This document shows, one piece after another, positions 11,562 to 32,368 of a DNA stretch of 64,000 nucleotides; the stretch's first letter is position 1, and the number at the start of each line of letters is the position of its first letter. The notes beneath the pieces are model-generated. The model ran no database searches, was not told where the DNA came from, and saw nothing but the letters and a program-made list of their open reading frames with translations. Origin of the DNA: Eledone cirrhosa (taxonomy: Eukaryota). The position numbers and the translations under genes are program-made. The stretch covers positions 13,826,001 through 13,890,000 of the forward strand of contig OZ024752.1 in NCBI GenBank assembly GCA_964016885.1. Reading direction: 5' to 3'.

Positions 11562-12147
11562 AATTAAAATGAAGAATTAGAAATAGAAACCAGGACTATA
11601 CATCATCAGTGGTCTACTAACCATCATAGGTATTTCTTCACATTAAAGACCATATACTTCAGGCTAGCGCGAACAATAACTAAAATATGTTATTGGGTAG
11701 AGAAAGGGAGACACGTAAAGAGAGAAAAAATGAGAAAATCAAGTCAATGATTCATTTGAACATAAGAACTTGTATCTTTCGCCTTCTCGTCAATATTCGC
11801 ATCTTAACTGTGCGAAAAGTAAGCGAGGAAAGAATTTCGCACAGTGTGGGACGATGGAGGAAGTGAGAGGGAGAGGGTAAGTAGCAGAGAGTCAGTGAGT
11901 GAAAGTGTGAGGAAGAAGCTAGCCGAGAGAGGGTGACTAGCAGAAGGGGTGAATGAAAGTAAGATGGAGTATATATATATAAATACACACGCACGCATAT
12001 ACGCACATGCACATATACGCACACACACACATAAACGCATCATTTAATTAGTATATAATATATATATATGCGTAAATATATATATATGCGTATAAATCTA
12101 CAGGTACCTGTGTGTTTGCTATAACCATATAGTTACTTCTTACTGGT

Positions 12148-12179
<32 letters not shown>

Positions 12180-12204
12180 TACGGTTAAAAACACATACAT
12201 ATAT

Positions 12205-12392
12205 AATTGTTTCTACTTTTTGGCAAAAGGCCAGCAATTAACCAGTACAGTACTGGTACTTTATTTTATCGACCCGTAAGGATGAAAGGCAAAATTAACC
12301 TCGGCGGGATTCGAACTCAGAATTGCAAGGGCCGTACCTCTATGCGTCAAATCATAGCGTCCGACCCTCTACCAATACTGCCAATCTACGGC
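12205..12392 (-). mobile_element. tRNA-derived SINE (family A)
   Basis: Full-length match to family A. Confidence 0.85.
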
Positions 12393-13139
12393 GATATATA
12401 CATATATAATGCCAATGACTTTTATATGGTTTCCCTGTATCTGATATAACTTTCCTACTACCAGATAGTTTAGCGCACATTCGATGTTTCATTACATAAA
12501 GTTATTCTGTATATCGCCTTCCGCAACGGGTTAAACATGACCTCATATTGTGTTTACGCTAAAATATCAATTTTTGTTACGACATATGTATTAGAATGAA
12601 TTCCAAATTCAATCATATAATTCTCTAGCTATCGTTAAAAAGCAATGTATTAAATATAGCAAATAGTATTTTAGTTGCTCTTTTCTAAAAAAAAAAAAAA
12701 AAAAAAAAAGATATTTAATCTGGTGCAGGCAAATAAAATCTGATTTTATTGGATGAAACACATAGAAGGTTTCGATACTTTCAACAGCTTAGAAGTGTAA
12801 GTTAATCACATAAATCATGAATATATATATATGTTTGAAGTATGCGCTTATATTGGTTAGAATCGTATATGTATTTGTATATCTCTTTACATATATATAT
12901 ATATATATATATAATCATCATCGTTTAACGTCTATCTTCCACGTGCAATATGCAGTAGAAAGCAGCTAGGTGGCTGGGTTCATGCAGAAGTTAGGCGCGC
13001 AGAGCTCGAACTATTCATTAGTTAAGCAAAACAAGACCACACATTTCACAAGGAAGACATTATTAAAAGATTGTCAACGTATTTTAGTTTGATGTAAGGA
13101 ATGTAGAGAATAATAATAATAATATTAATAATAATAATG

Positions 13140-14500
13140 TCCGTTTACAATTGTTTCGCTACTCCATATAATATTTCTGGATAAAATGAATATATATCAT
13201 TATTGATCTGGTTCAGTTGAAAATAATTAACATATTTAAATACAGAGCGGCTCATCGGAACTTCAAAGGAATATAAATTAAGATAAGGAGAGAATGTTAC
13301 ATAACGTAATGTTCCATGAATTGGTATTTCACTATGGTGTCCAGGGTATATCAATTGTCTGCCATAGTCGAGCAGTATTCTTCTGTCGAGGCTGCATTGA
13401 GTGAGATCTGCCTATGGGTAACAAGATGGCCGCCAATGGACATATTTACCTTACTAATTAGAGGGAGGTTTCAGGGGAAGTAACTCCTCGAGAGATTAGA
13501 AATTGTGGGTAGTTTATAGTTAAGTGCTAATTTTTAATTTTTTAATTGAGAGACAATGTAGGGGAGGTAACTTATAATTATTTAAGTTAGTTATAGCTAT
13601 TTAACTTATTAGCTACAAGTAAAAATGGTGCTAGATGATAATGTTGGGTCAAATATTCTGTTGGCGAAGGAATTAGCCCTTCGATGTTGACAGCTAATAG
13701 TTACCTACGTTCTATCGTTAATCGGTAGAGGTCGTGATAGAGTTATGTAATATGCTAATATGCTTCGGTAATACAGAGATCACCAGATTTTCTTCGTCCA
13801 TTGAACGGTTGGGCCCTAGCTAAAATATCCCATGTTAGTGAGTGTTCAATGTTGGTTAATTTAAGGTTTTTAATGAGCCTAGCTAGAGATGTCGAACATC
13901 TGTTGTTAGGGTTCGGAAGGAAAAAGACTGCGCGTTATAGCGTACCTTAAAATGGTTAGAGGGGCATTGATTTGCTAAAAAAACAATTACATAAGATTCT
14001 TTAAAAATAATGGTCTCTCTCTCACCATCGAGCCGAACCATAAAGTAGGGAACTTCCTAGACATCACCCTGGATCTCAACAATAACCTATATTACCCTTA
14101 CCATAAACCAGGTGAAGTACTCACATATATATGTCCACACTCTAACCACCCACCCACAGTCATCAGACCAGTAATCAAATCTATCTCGTATAGGATCTCC
14201 ATGCTATCAGCAAATGAGGAGACATTTATAAACAAAGCACAATATTATAATAAGGCTCTTTCTGAATCTGGTTATGAACAATCCATTTACTACATACCTA
14301 AATGCCATAACACAGCAATTCACCATAATAAACTTAACACTAGAACTAGAAATACCTTATATATATATGTATATATATATATCTGGTTATGAACAATCCA
14401 TTTACTACATACCTAAATGCCATAACACAGCAATTCACCATAATAAACTTAACACTAGAACTAGAAATACCTTATATATATATGTATATATATATATATA
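13140..14500. mobile_element. PLE (Naiad-like) fragment: probable inverted 3' UTR (-) joined to RT thumb fragment (+), ending in a ~116-bp tandem duplication
   Basis: ~13980-14280 encodes FKNNGLSLTIEPNHKVGNFLDITLDL...PYHKP...HSNHPPTVIR..I.YRISMLSANEE...YNKALSESGY; hammerhead on the opposite strand at the left end; the duplicated unit restarts at 14381. Confidence 0.7.
13143..13261 (-). ncRNA. Hammerhead ribozyme-like motif (CCGATGA core, palindromic CAATTG stem III)
   Basis: Reverse strand: GTT-CCGATGA-gccgctctgtat...atatggagtagc-GAAA-CAATTG-TA-AAC. Confidence 0.65.
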
Positions 14501-14547
14501 TATGTATATATATGTTATTTTAATAAATATTAAATATATGTATATAC

Positions 14548-15546
14548 TACTAAGGTAGCACAGGCAATCAAAAACCCGGCTGACGCTGCCCTCTTACAGC
14601 AGGATCTGGATGCCATATACAGAAGGGCGGAAGAAAACAACATGCAGTTTAATGCTGGTAAATTCCAAGCCCTACAATACAAACCTGCAAACACAAACAC
14701 AAATATAGCGGAACACAGTTGCACAGGACCAGGAGGGACCGATATCCCCGTGTCAAAATCGATACGAGACCTGGGCATAGACATGAGCGATGATGCATCT
14801 TTTTCTTCACACATCATGAAGGTGGCGACAGCATGTAGACGATTCGCTGGCTGGATCTTGAGGACTTTCCTTACAAGAGATCGAGACACCATGTTGACAC
14901 TGTGGAGGACTTTTGTCCTAAGCCGCCTGGACTACTGCTCCCAGCTGTGGTCACCCCATAGTGTCAAACTAACCACAGAGCTTGAGGCAATCCAGCGAAG
15001 CTACACCAAGAGGATTGCCAAGATGAGGGAGACAAGCTACTGGGAGAGGCTGAAGGAACTAAACCTCTACTCCTTGGAGCGAAGACGGGAGAGATACGCA
15101 GTGATCTACATGTGGAAAATCCTGGAGGGACTAGCACCAAACTTTGGCATTGGGAGCTGGACCAACCGTCGAACAGGACGTCACTGTGTGGTGCCAAAGG
15201 TCCCGTCTTCCACATCTAGAATAAGGAGCAGGTATTGCAATAGCCTGGGATTCAAGGGCCCTCAACTCTTCAACAGGCTGCCGAGGCATCTGCGAGACTT
15301 GCATGACGTGCAGGTGGATGCCTTTAAGAAACATCTCGACACCTTGTTATCCAGGATCCCGGATGAGCCCACAGCAAGACACGAAGGAAACCTAAGGGCA
15401 GCAGCAACAAACTCCCTCCTACACCAGTGGCCAACCTATACAGGCTGGAGATAAAATGTGTAGCAACAAGGGCGGTGCCCCAGCATGGCCTCAGCCGGAT
15501 GGCTGAAACAGGTAAAAGAGTAAAAGAGTAAAAGAGTAAAAGAATA
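14548..15546 (+). mobile_element. 5'-truncated CR1-group LINE (RT C-terminus, 3' UTR, (GTAAAAGA)n tail)
   Basis: ORF 14642-15454 [11 protein letters not shown]...RDLGI...[10 protein letters not shown]...[20 protein letters not shown]; tail gtaaaaga repeats. Confidence 0.9.
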
Positions 15547-15557
15547 TATAAATATAT

Positions 15558-15627
<70 letters not shown>

Positions 15628-15639
15628 GTATATATATAT

Positions 15640-18736
<3,097 letters not shown>

Positions 18737-18737
<1 letters not shown>

Positions 18738-20512
18738 TTCTTTTACTCTTTTACTCTTTTACCTGTTTCAGCCATCCGGCTGAGGCCATGCTGGGGCACC
18801 GCCCTTGTTGCTACACATTTTATCTCCAGCCTGTATAGGTTGGCCACTGGTGTAGGAGGGAGTTTGTTGCTGCTGCCCTTAGGTTTCCCTCGTGTCTTGC
18901 TGTGGGCTCATCCGGGATCCTGGATAACAAGGTGTCGAGATGTTTCTTAAAGACATCCACCTCCACGTCATGCAAGTCTCGCAGATGCCTCGGCAGCCTG
19001 TTGAAGAGTTGAGGGCCCTTGAATCCCAGGCTATTGCAATACCTGCTCCTTATTCTAGATGTGGAAGACGGGACCTTTGGCACCACACAGTGACGTCCTG
19101 TTCGACGGTTGGTCCAGCTCCCAATGCCAAAGTTTGGTGCTAGTCCCTCCAGGATTTTCCACATGTAGATCACTGCGTATCTCTCCCGTCTTCGCTCCAA
19201 GGAGTAGAGGTTCAGTTCCTTCAGCCTCTCCCAGTAGCTTGTCTCCCTCATCTTGGCAATCCTCTTGGTGTAGCTTCGCTGGATTGCCTCAAGCTCTGTG
19301 GTTAGTTTGACACTAAGGGGTGACCACAGCTGGGAGCAGTAGTCCAGGCGGCTTAGGACAAAAGTCCTCCACAGTGTCAACATGGTGTCTCGATCTCTTG
19401 TAAGGAAAGTCCTCAAGATCCAGCCAGCGAATCGTCTACATGCTGTCGCCACCTTCATGATGTGTGAAGAAAAAGATGCATCATCGCTCATGTCTATGCC
19501 CAGGTCTCGTATCGATTTTGACACGGGGATATCGGTCCCTCCTGGTCCTGTGTAGCTGTGTTCCGCTATATTTGTGTTTGTGTTTGCAGGTTTGTATTGT
19601 AGGGCTTGAAATTTGCCAGCATTAAACTGCATGTTGTTTTCTTCCGCCCATCTGTATATGGCATCCAGATCCTGCTGTAAGAGGGCAGCGTCAGCCGAGT
19701 TTTTGATTGCCTGTGCTACCTTAGTGTCATCAGCATAGCTAGTGAGGGATGTTGTTGCATGCACCACAGAGGGCATGTCCGAGAGAGCCACCAAAAACAG
19801 TAGTGGTCCCAGGACTGTCCCCTGAGGCACCCCACTTGTTATCGGTGTTTCCCTCGAGAGGGCCCCATTTGCTGCGACTGCCTGGCTTCTGTCCCTCAGG
19901 AAGCCATGCAGCCACTCACCTACTTTTCCAGTTATGCCGAGTCCGTGTAGTTTGTGACATATCATTCCGTGGTCGACCTTGTCAAAGGCCTTCGCAAAGT
20001 CAAGATATATCACGTCTATATGTGAGCTGTCTAGTAGCTGTCTCAGTACCCAGTCGTAGTGATGTAGCAGCTGTGTAAGGCAGCTTCTTCCTGGGCGGAA
20101 GCCATGTTGCGTGCTAGTCAGGCGGTCATTTTCTTCGAGGAAAGTGATTAGTTTCTTTCTGATGACTCGCTCCATGACCTTACTGATATGCGACGTCAGG
20201 GAGACTGGCCTATAGTTCTTGGCCTCCGCTCTACTACCTCCTTTATGGATAGGGCATATTGTGCCTTCTTTCAGCTCCCTGGGTAGTACACCGCTAGCCA
20301 AGGAGCTTCTGAAGAGCATCTTCAGTGGAGTTGCTAAGGCCCGCTTACATATTTTTAGGAGAACTGCTGGGAATCCATCAGGTCCAGCAGCCGAGTCTGT
20401 TCTAATTTCATCAATGGCGTACACCACATCCTCCTCCGTTATGTCTATGTGGTTGATGGTTGCCATTTCTTGATGTAGTGTTGTGGCATCAAAGAACTCC
20501 TCTGGCTTCGTT
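18737..20512 (-). mobile_element. 5'-truncated CR1-group LINE with an open RT domain; nearly identical to 14548-15546 in the overlap
   Basis: [56 protein letters not shown]; (GTAAAAGA)n tail at ~18737-18762; inserted in (TA)n. Confidence 0.92.
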
Positions 20513-26149
<5,637 letters not shown>

Positions 26150-26349
26150 NNNNNNNNNNNNNNNNNNNNNNNNNNNNNNNNNNNNNNNNNNNNNNNNNNN
26201 NNNNNNNNNNNNNNNNNNNNNNNNNNNNNNNNNNNNNNNNNNNNNNNNNNNNNNNNNNNNNNNNNNNNNNNNNNNNNNNNNNNNNNNNNNNNNNNNNNNN
26301 NNNNNNNNNNNNNNNNNNNNNNNNNNNNNNNNNNNNNNNNNNNNNNNNN
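26150..26349. other. Assembly gap (200 N)
   Basis: Run of n. Confidence 1.
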
Positions 26350-27706
26350 CGTTTCTGAATTTGTTTAGCAAGATTCTTTATCTGAAATCGTGTGTTGAAA
26401 CCGATATTGTTATACTTTGGGAGGGCCATGTTGCCAATGAGAAACACACGTACCAGTTGCTTTCACTTCAATTTATTATAATAAATTTATAAATTTATAA
26501 ATTTCTGGTTGGTTGGTTGGTTCCACAACCAGATAGTTGTTTATATATAGTCATAGTTCTTTCGTCACACACTCTGTGACCTCTTCAGTGACTGGGGATT
26601 CCTTTCTTTGTTTCTGTGCCTCTCCTTTGTTCTGTCCTACGCCATTTTTGTGCTCAGTCTGCGCATGCGCCACATCCGGGTGTCTGTGTGTGTTTATGTT
26701 CATTTATTTATTTGTTTATTTACATGTTACTGGTTGGTTGTTTGTTCTATGTGCGTATGTGTGTTTTCATTTTGTCCTTAATTGTAAGTTGTGATGTTGC
26801 TGTTCCACTCATATTTTCTATTTAATTTTGGTTGTAATTCTTTTATGTTTATTGCCTCTGTAATTTGTCTAAACATTGCGTCTTTTCTGTGTGTAGATTC
26901 TATTTTTATTTCTATGTTCTCTAATTTACCCTTGTGTTCTATTTTAGCATGTTGAGAACTGCGTAGAAATGATCAGTGAGAGCAATGTTGAGTTTCGTGG
27001 GATTGATACCAGTGAGCTGGGATCCTACTTAAACTTACCTATAGTAATAATTACCTAGACACATATGACCTTAACAACCTGTTCCCTACAAGACCAGCAA
27101 GAGGCAGACCACCTACCATTACCTCAATGGCCAAGAAAACCCACACAGATAGATGGAACGGGTGGACCAGAGCCATACGGACACCCGAAAACCACGATGA
27201 ACTGAAGAAAATGATTGCACATGCGGTAGGGGCCAGCATAAAACTAACCCTTAAGGAACATATGTTCAAATTTAATGGAAAAACATATGCCCAAGAGGAA
27301 GGAGCAGCCATTGGTGTTAGCATTGCAGGCGACATAGCTAACTTATTCATGGTATGGTGGGACAGTAGACTTAAACATAAACTTAAAGAAAAATTAGAAG
27401 ACAGCTTAACCCTGATAATGTACTCCCGCTACGTTGATGATATAAACATCGTAGTTAAGACACCCCCACTAGAGAACAGTCAGGAACTAGAGAAAAACAT
27501 AATGGAAAGCATCCAGCAAATAGCTAACTCCATCCACCAGAGCATTAGAGTTACTATAGACTACCCAAGTAAACACCCCAACCATCGATTACCTGTACTA
27601 GACACAGAGCTCTGGTTAGATACCATTAACAACCAAAAACAAATCCTCCATTCCCATTATGCCAAACCCATGACTTCCAAACATCTGATCCACCGAAACT
27701 CGGCCG
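26350..27706. mobile_element. Penelope-like element, inverted structure: 3' end (-) 26350-26955 joined to RT fragment (+) 26955-27706
   Basis: [38 protein letters not shown]; left part matches 48250-48800 and 49460-49995. Confidence 0.9.
26549..26593 (-). ncRNA. Minimal type I hammerhead ribozyme in PLE 3' UTR
   Basis: AGTCA-CTGAAGA-g-GTCACA-gagtg-TGTGAC-GAAA-gaac-TA-TGACT. Confidence 0.8.
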
Positions 27707-27742
27707 TATATATATATATATATACATATATATACTCGGCCG

Positions 27743-27793
<51 letters not shown>

Positions 27794-27883
27794 ACATATA
27801 CATATATATACATATACATATACATATATATACATACATATATATATATATACATATACATATATATACATATACATATATAC

Positions 27884-27916
<33 letters not shown>

Positions 27917-28031
27917 CATATATATACATATACATATATATATATATATATATACATATATATACATATACATATATATACATATACATATACATATATA
28001 TACATATACATATATATACATATATATATAC

Positions 28032-28130
<99 letters not shown>

Positions 28131-28455
28131 CATATATATATACATATACATATATATATATACATATACATATACATATATATACATATATATACATATA
28201 CAATATACATATACATATATATACATATATATACATATATATACATATACATATATATACATATACATATATATACATATATATACATATATATACATAT
28301 ATATACATATATATACATATACATATATATACATATATATACATATACATATATATACATATATATACATATACATATATATACATATACATATATATAC
28401 ATATATATACATATACATATATATACATATATATGTATATGTATATATATGTATA
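27707..28455. repeat. (TATACA)n/(TA)n microsatellite
   Basis: Direct inspection. Confidence 0.95.
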
Positions 28456-28995
28456 TGGCATGTCAGATAGATGGCATGTCAGATAGATGGCATGTCAGAC
28501 CTTGACTACTGGGGTCGATTAGAAAACCTGAAACATTACTCACTCCAACGTCGCCGTGAGCGTTATATTATCTGCATGATGTGGAAAATGTTCCATCATC
28601 ACTGCCCAAATGATGTTGGCATCGCCTTCAAGATACACCCAAGGCTTGGGCCCCGTGCTATCCGTCCCATTCAAAAATCTAAATCGCAACTCATAACAAC
28701 AATACGGCACAATTATTTCACCTCAATCGGCCCTGCTCTCTTCAACATCACACCAGGACACGTCAAAACAGAAACTGACCACACAAAATTCAAGAAGTCT
28801 TTGGACAAATTCCTCCAAGTAATCCCGGACAAACCACCCACACCCGGATATGTCTCCGCAAACAGTAATTCTCTTCTCGAATGGGCCATGGTGCCCAAAT
28901 CCTGAATTGAAAGACTTCGCCAGGTGGTGCTATTAAGTTAGACATGGCCTGGGCCAATACTGGCCAAAACATTTCAAAGTTATTTATTCAAAGTT
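28455..28995 (+). mobile_element. 5'-truncated CR1-group LINE (second family), 3' fragment
   Basis: [27 protein letters not shown]...GPALFNITP...FKKSLDKFLQVIPDKP...NSLLEW; 16-bp tandem repeat at the 5' junction; ttcaaagtta-type tail. Confidence 0.85.
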
Positions 28996-29378
28996 ATATA
29001 CATATATATACATATACATATATATACATATATATACATATACATATATATACATATATATACATATACATATATATACATATATATACATATACATATA
29101 TATACATATATATACATATACATATATATACATATATATACATATATATATATATATGTATATATATGTATATGTATATATATGTATATGTATGTATATG
29201 TATGTATATGTATATACATATATACATATATATACATATACATACATATACATACATATACATATATATACATATACATATATATACATATATATATATA
29301 TATACATATATATACATATATATATATATATATACATATATATACATATATATATACATACATATATATACATATATG
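28996..29378. repeat. (TATACA)n microsatellite with internal orientation switch
   Basis: Direct inspection. Confidence 0.9.
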
Positions 29379-29466
29379 TAAAGTTATATTTAAAATTGTT
29401 GGGTTACAACGAGTAAATATTTATAACTGATATAAAAGCACTCGACAAATATTTGGAGTATATTTG

Positions 29467-29728
29467 CAATATTAAATAAATGGAAAACTATATTTATAAA
29501 ACCATATTTATTTCATTATATATATTTCGGGGATATCATATTAACAATATGCTATGCCTTCATCAGACAAAATTTATTACGGTATGTCGAATATATTTAT
29601 CTATAAAACTGTTTATATTGTATTTTGTCTGATGAAGGCATAGCATATTGTTAATATGATATCCCCGAAATATATATAATGAAATAAATATGGTTTTATA
29701 AATATAGTTTTCCATTTATTTAATATTG
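29467..29728. repeat. 107-bp inverted repeat (29467-29573 / 29622-29728), each arm a hammerhead-like motif
   Basis: Right arm: ATTTTGT-CTGATGA-aggcatagcatat..atatgatatcccc-GAAA-TATATA-TA-ATGAAAT; left arm is its reverse complement. Confidence 0.85.
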
Positions 29729-29875
29729 TATATATACATATATATATACATATATATACATATATATACATATATATACATATATATACATATACATACA
29801 TATAATTACATATACATACATATATAAATATACATATACATACATATATATACATATACATATACATATATATAC

Positions 29876-29910
<35 letters not shown>

Positions 29911-29990
29911 CATATACATATATATACATATATATACATACATATACATACATATATATACATACATAAATATACATACATATACCATAC

Positions 29991-30089
<99 letters not shown>

Positions 30090-30317
30090 CATACATATAC
30101 ATACATATACATATATATACATATATATACATATATATACATATACACATATATACATATATATACATATACATAAATATACATATACATATATATACAT
30201 ATACATATATATACATATATATACATATATATACATATACATATACATATACATACATATATATATATATATATATACATATATATACATATATATACAT
30301 ATACATATATATACATA
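29729..30317. repeat. (TACA)n/(TATACA)n microsatellite
   Basis: Direct inspection. Confidence 0.95.
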
Positions 30318-30565
30318 TAATATGAAATACGTCCTTTCACGCACAAGGCGCCAAGGTACGCATGTATTGTCCAACCAAGTGCCAGTGTGGTTCAATGGCG
30401 GGTTAATATATTAACGAGCCAGAACAAATATAAACAAGGTTTAGTAAATAATGAAAAAGTTTCAAAATAAATTTTAAAAAATTGACCTTACCCACTATAG
30501 TTACCTTTACCGATCGGTTTCGAGTGATTTAAATTCAGGAATTTTATATTCTTTGAATGAAAAGA

Positions 30566-30649
30566 ACCTTCTGACGAGAATCTCTCTTTGCAACGAAGGC
30601 CGTATGGCCTACGTTTTATTTTTGGGATTCGAAACCGATCGGTAAAGGT
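30566..30649 (+). ncRNA. Type I hammerhead ribozyme, copy 1
   Basis: ACCTT-CTGACGA-GAATCTC..AACG.AGGCC-gtat-GGCCT.CGTT..GGGATTC-GAAA-CCGATCGG-TA-AAGGT; predicted cleavage after GUA at 30644. Confidence 0.9.
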
Positions 30650-31048
30650 AACTATAGTGGGTAAGGTCAATTTTTTAAAATTTATTTTGAAACTTTTTCA
30701 TTATTTACTAAACCTTGTTTATATTTGTTCTGGCTCGTTAATTTATTAACCCGCCATTGAACCACACTGGCACTTGGTTGGACAATACATGCGTACCTTG
30801 GCGCCTTGTGCGTGAAAGGACGTATTTCATATTACTACTACCTCCACATACGTTGAGAACAAACCGGGTCATTCCGACTGCTGCTGATAACAGCGGTGGC
30901 TAGTTTGACCTACCTCCTTTTGCCTCTATCTTTACTACGGCCCTTGATAAACCTGTTCTACATCATCCACTCTCATCCCAGGAACAGTCTTTGATAGCGC
31001 TAGTTTGTGATTTAAATTCAGGAATTTTATATTCTTTGAATGAAAAGA

Positions 31049-31132
31049 ACCTTCTGACGAGAATCTCTCTTTGCAACGAAGGCCGTATGGCCTACGTTTT
31101 ATTTTTGGGATTCGAAACCGATCGGTAAAGGT
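31049..31132 (+). ncRNA. Type I hammerhead ribozyme, copy 2
   Basis: Identical to copy 1, +483. Confidence 0.9.
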
Positions 31133-31531
31133 AACTATAGTGGGTAAGGTCAATTTTTTAAAATTTATTTTGAAACTTTTTCATTATTTACTAAACCTTG
31201 TTTATATTTGTTCTGGCTCGTTAATTTATTAACCCGCCATTGAACCACACTGGCACTTGGTTGGACAATACATGCGTACCTTGGCGCCTTGTGCGTGAAA
31301 GGACGTATTTCATATTACTACTACCTCCACATACGTTGAGAACAAACCGGGTCATTCCGACTGCTGCTGATAACAGCGGTGGCTAGTTTAACCTACCTCC
31401 TTTTGCCTCTATCTTTACTACGGCCCTTGATAAACCTGTTCTACATCATCCACTCTCATCCCAGGAACAGTCTTTGATAGCGCTAGTTTGTGATTTAAAT
31501 TCAGGAATTTTATATTCTTTGAATGAAAAGA

Positions 31532-31615
31532 ACCTTCTGACGAGAATCTCTCTTTGCAACGAAGGCCGTATGGCCTACGTTTTATTTTTGGGATTCGAAA
31601 CCGATCGGTAAAGGT
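31532..31615 (+). ncRNA. Type I hammerhead ribozyme, copy 3
   Basis: Identical to copy 1, +966. Confidence 0.9.
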
Positions 31616-32014
31616 AACTATAGTGGGTAAGGTCAATTTTTTAAAATTTATTTTGAAACTTTTTCATTATTTACTAAACCTTGTTTATATTTGTTCTGGC
31701 TCGTTAATTTATTAACCCGCCATTGAACCACACTGGCACTTGGTTGGACAATACATGCGTACCTTGGCGCCTTGTGCGTGAAAGGACGTATTTCATATTA
31801 CTACTACCTCCACATACGTTGAGAACAAACCGGGTCATTCCGACTGCTGCTGATAACAGCGGTGGCTAGTTTGACCTACCTCCTTTTGCCTCTATCTTTA
31901 CTACGGCCCTTGATAAACCTGTTCTACATCATCCACTCTCATCCCAGGAACAGTCTTTGATAGCGCTAGTTTGTGATTTAAATTCAGGAATTTTATATTC
32001 TTTGAATGAAAAGA

Positions 32015-32098
32015 ACCTTCTGACGAGAATCTCTCTTTGCAACGAAGGCCGTATGGCCTACGTTTTATTTTTGGGATTCGAAACCGATCGGTAAAGGT
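32015..32098 (+). ncRNA. Type I hammerhead ribozyme, copy 4
   Basis: Identical to copy 1, +1449. Confidence 0.9.
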
Positions 32099-32167
32099 AA
32101 CTATAGTGGGTAAGGTCAATTTTTTAAAATTTATTTTGAAACTTTTTCATTATTTACTAAACCTTGT

Positions 32168-32335
32168 ATATATACATATATATACATATACATATATATA
32201 CATATATATACATATACATACATATACATACATATACATATAAATACATATACATATATATACATATATATATACATATATATACATATACATATATATA
32301 CATATATATATACATATATATATATATATACATAC

Positions 32336-32368
<33 letters not shown>

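Larger units (their letters stand above)
30318..32167 (+). mobile_element. Tandem 483-bp hammerhead-ribozyme repeat (~3.4 units) with a 206-bp inverted 5' segment; candidate non-LTR retrozyme or non-autonomous PLE-mobilised element
   Basis: CTGACGA at 30571, 31054, 31537 and 32020 (period 483); 30318-30523 is the reverse complement of 30629-30834; both flanks are (TATACA)n. Confidence 0.85.

Noticed and set aside
11600-11680. CTGATGA / CTGAAG strings on the minus strand as a hammerhead
   Set aside because: Could not assemble consistent stems I-III
30626-30636. GATTCGAAACC as a Pol III B-box in the 483-bp unit
   Set aside because: Explained by hammerhead stem II and GAAA constraints; no suitably spaced upstream A-box; T-runs would terminate Pol III
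30648-30668. GTAACTATAGTGGGTAAGGTC as an LSU rRNA or homing-endonuclease site
   Set aside because: Only the short GTAACTAT and TAAGGT words match; no surrounding rRNA similarity
30488-32119. Repeated 60-72 aa minus-strand [16 protein letters not shown]...
   Set aside because: TTG start, antisense to the ribozyme, no recognisable domain; repetition simply follows the tandem unit
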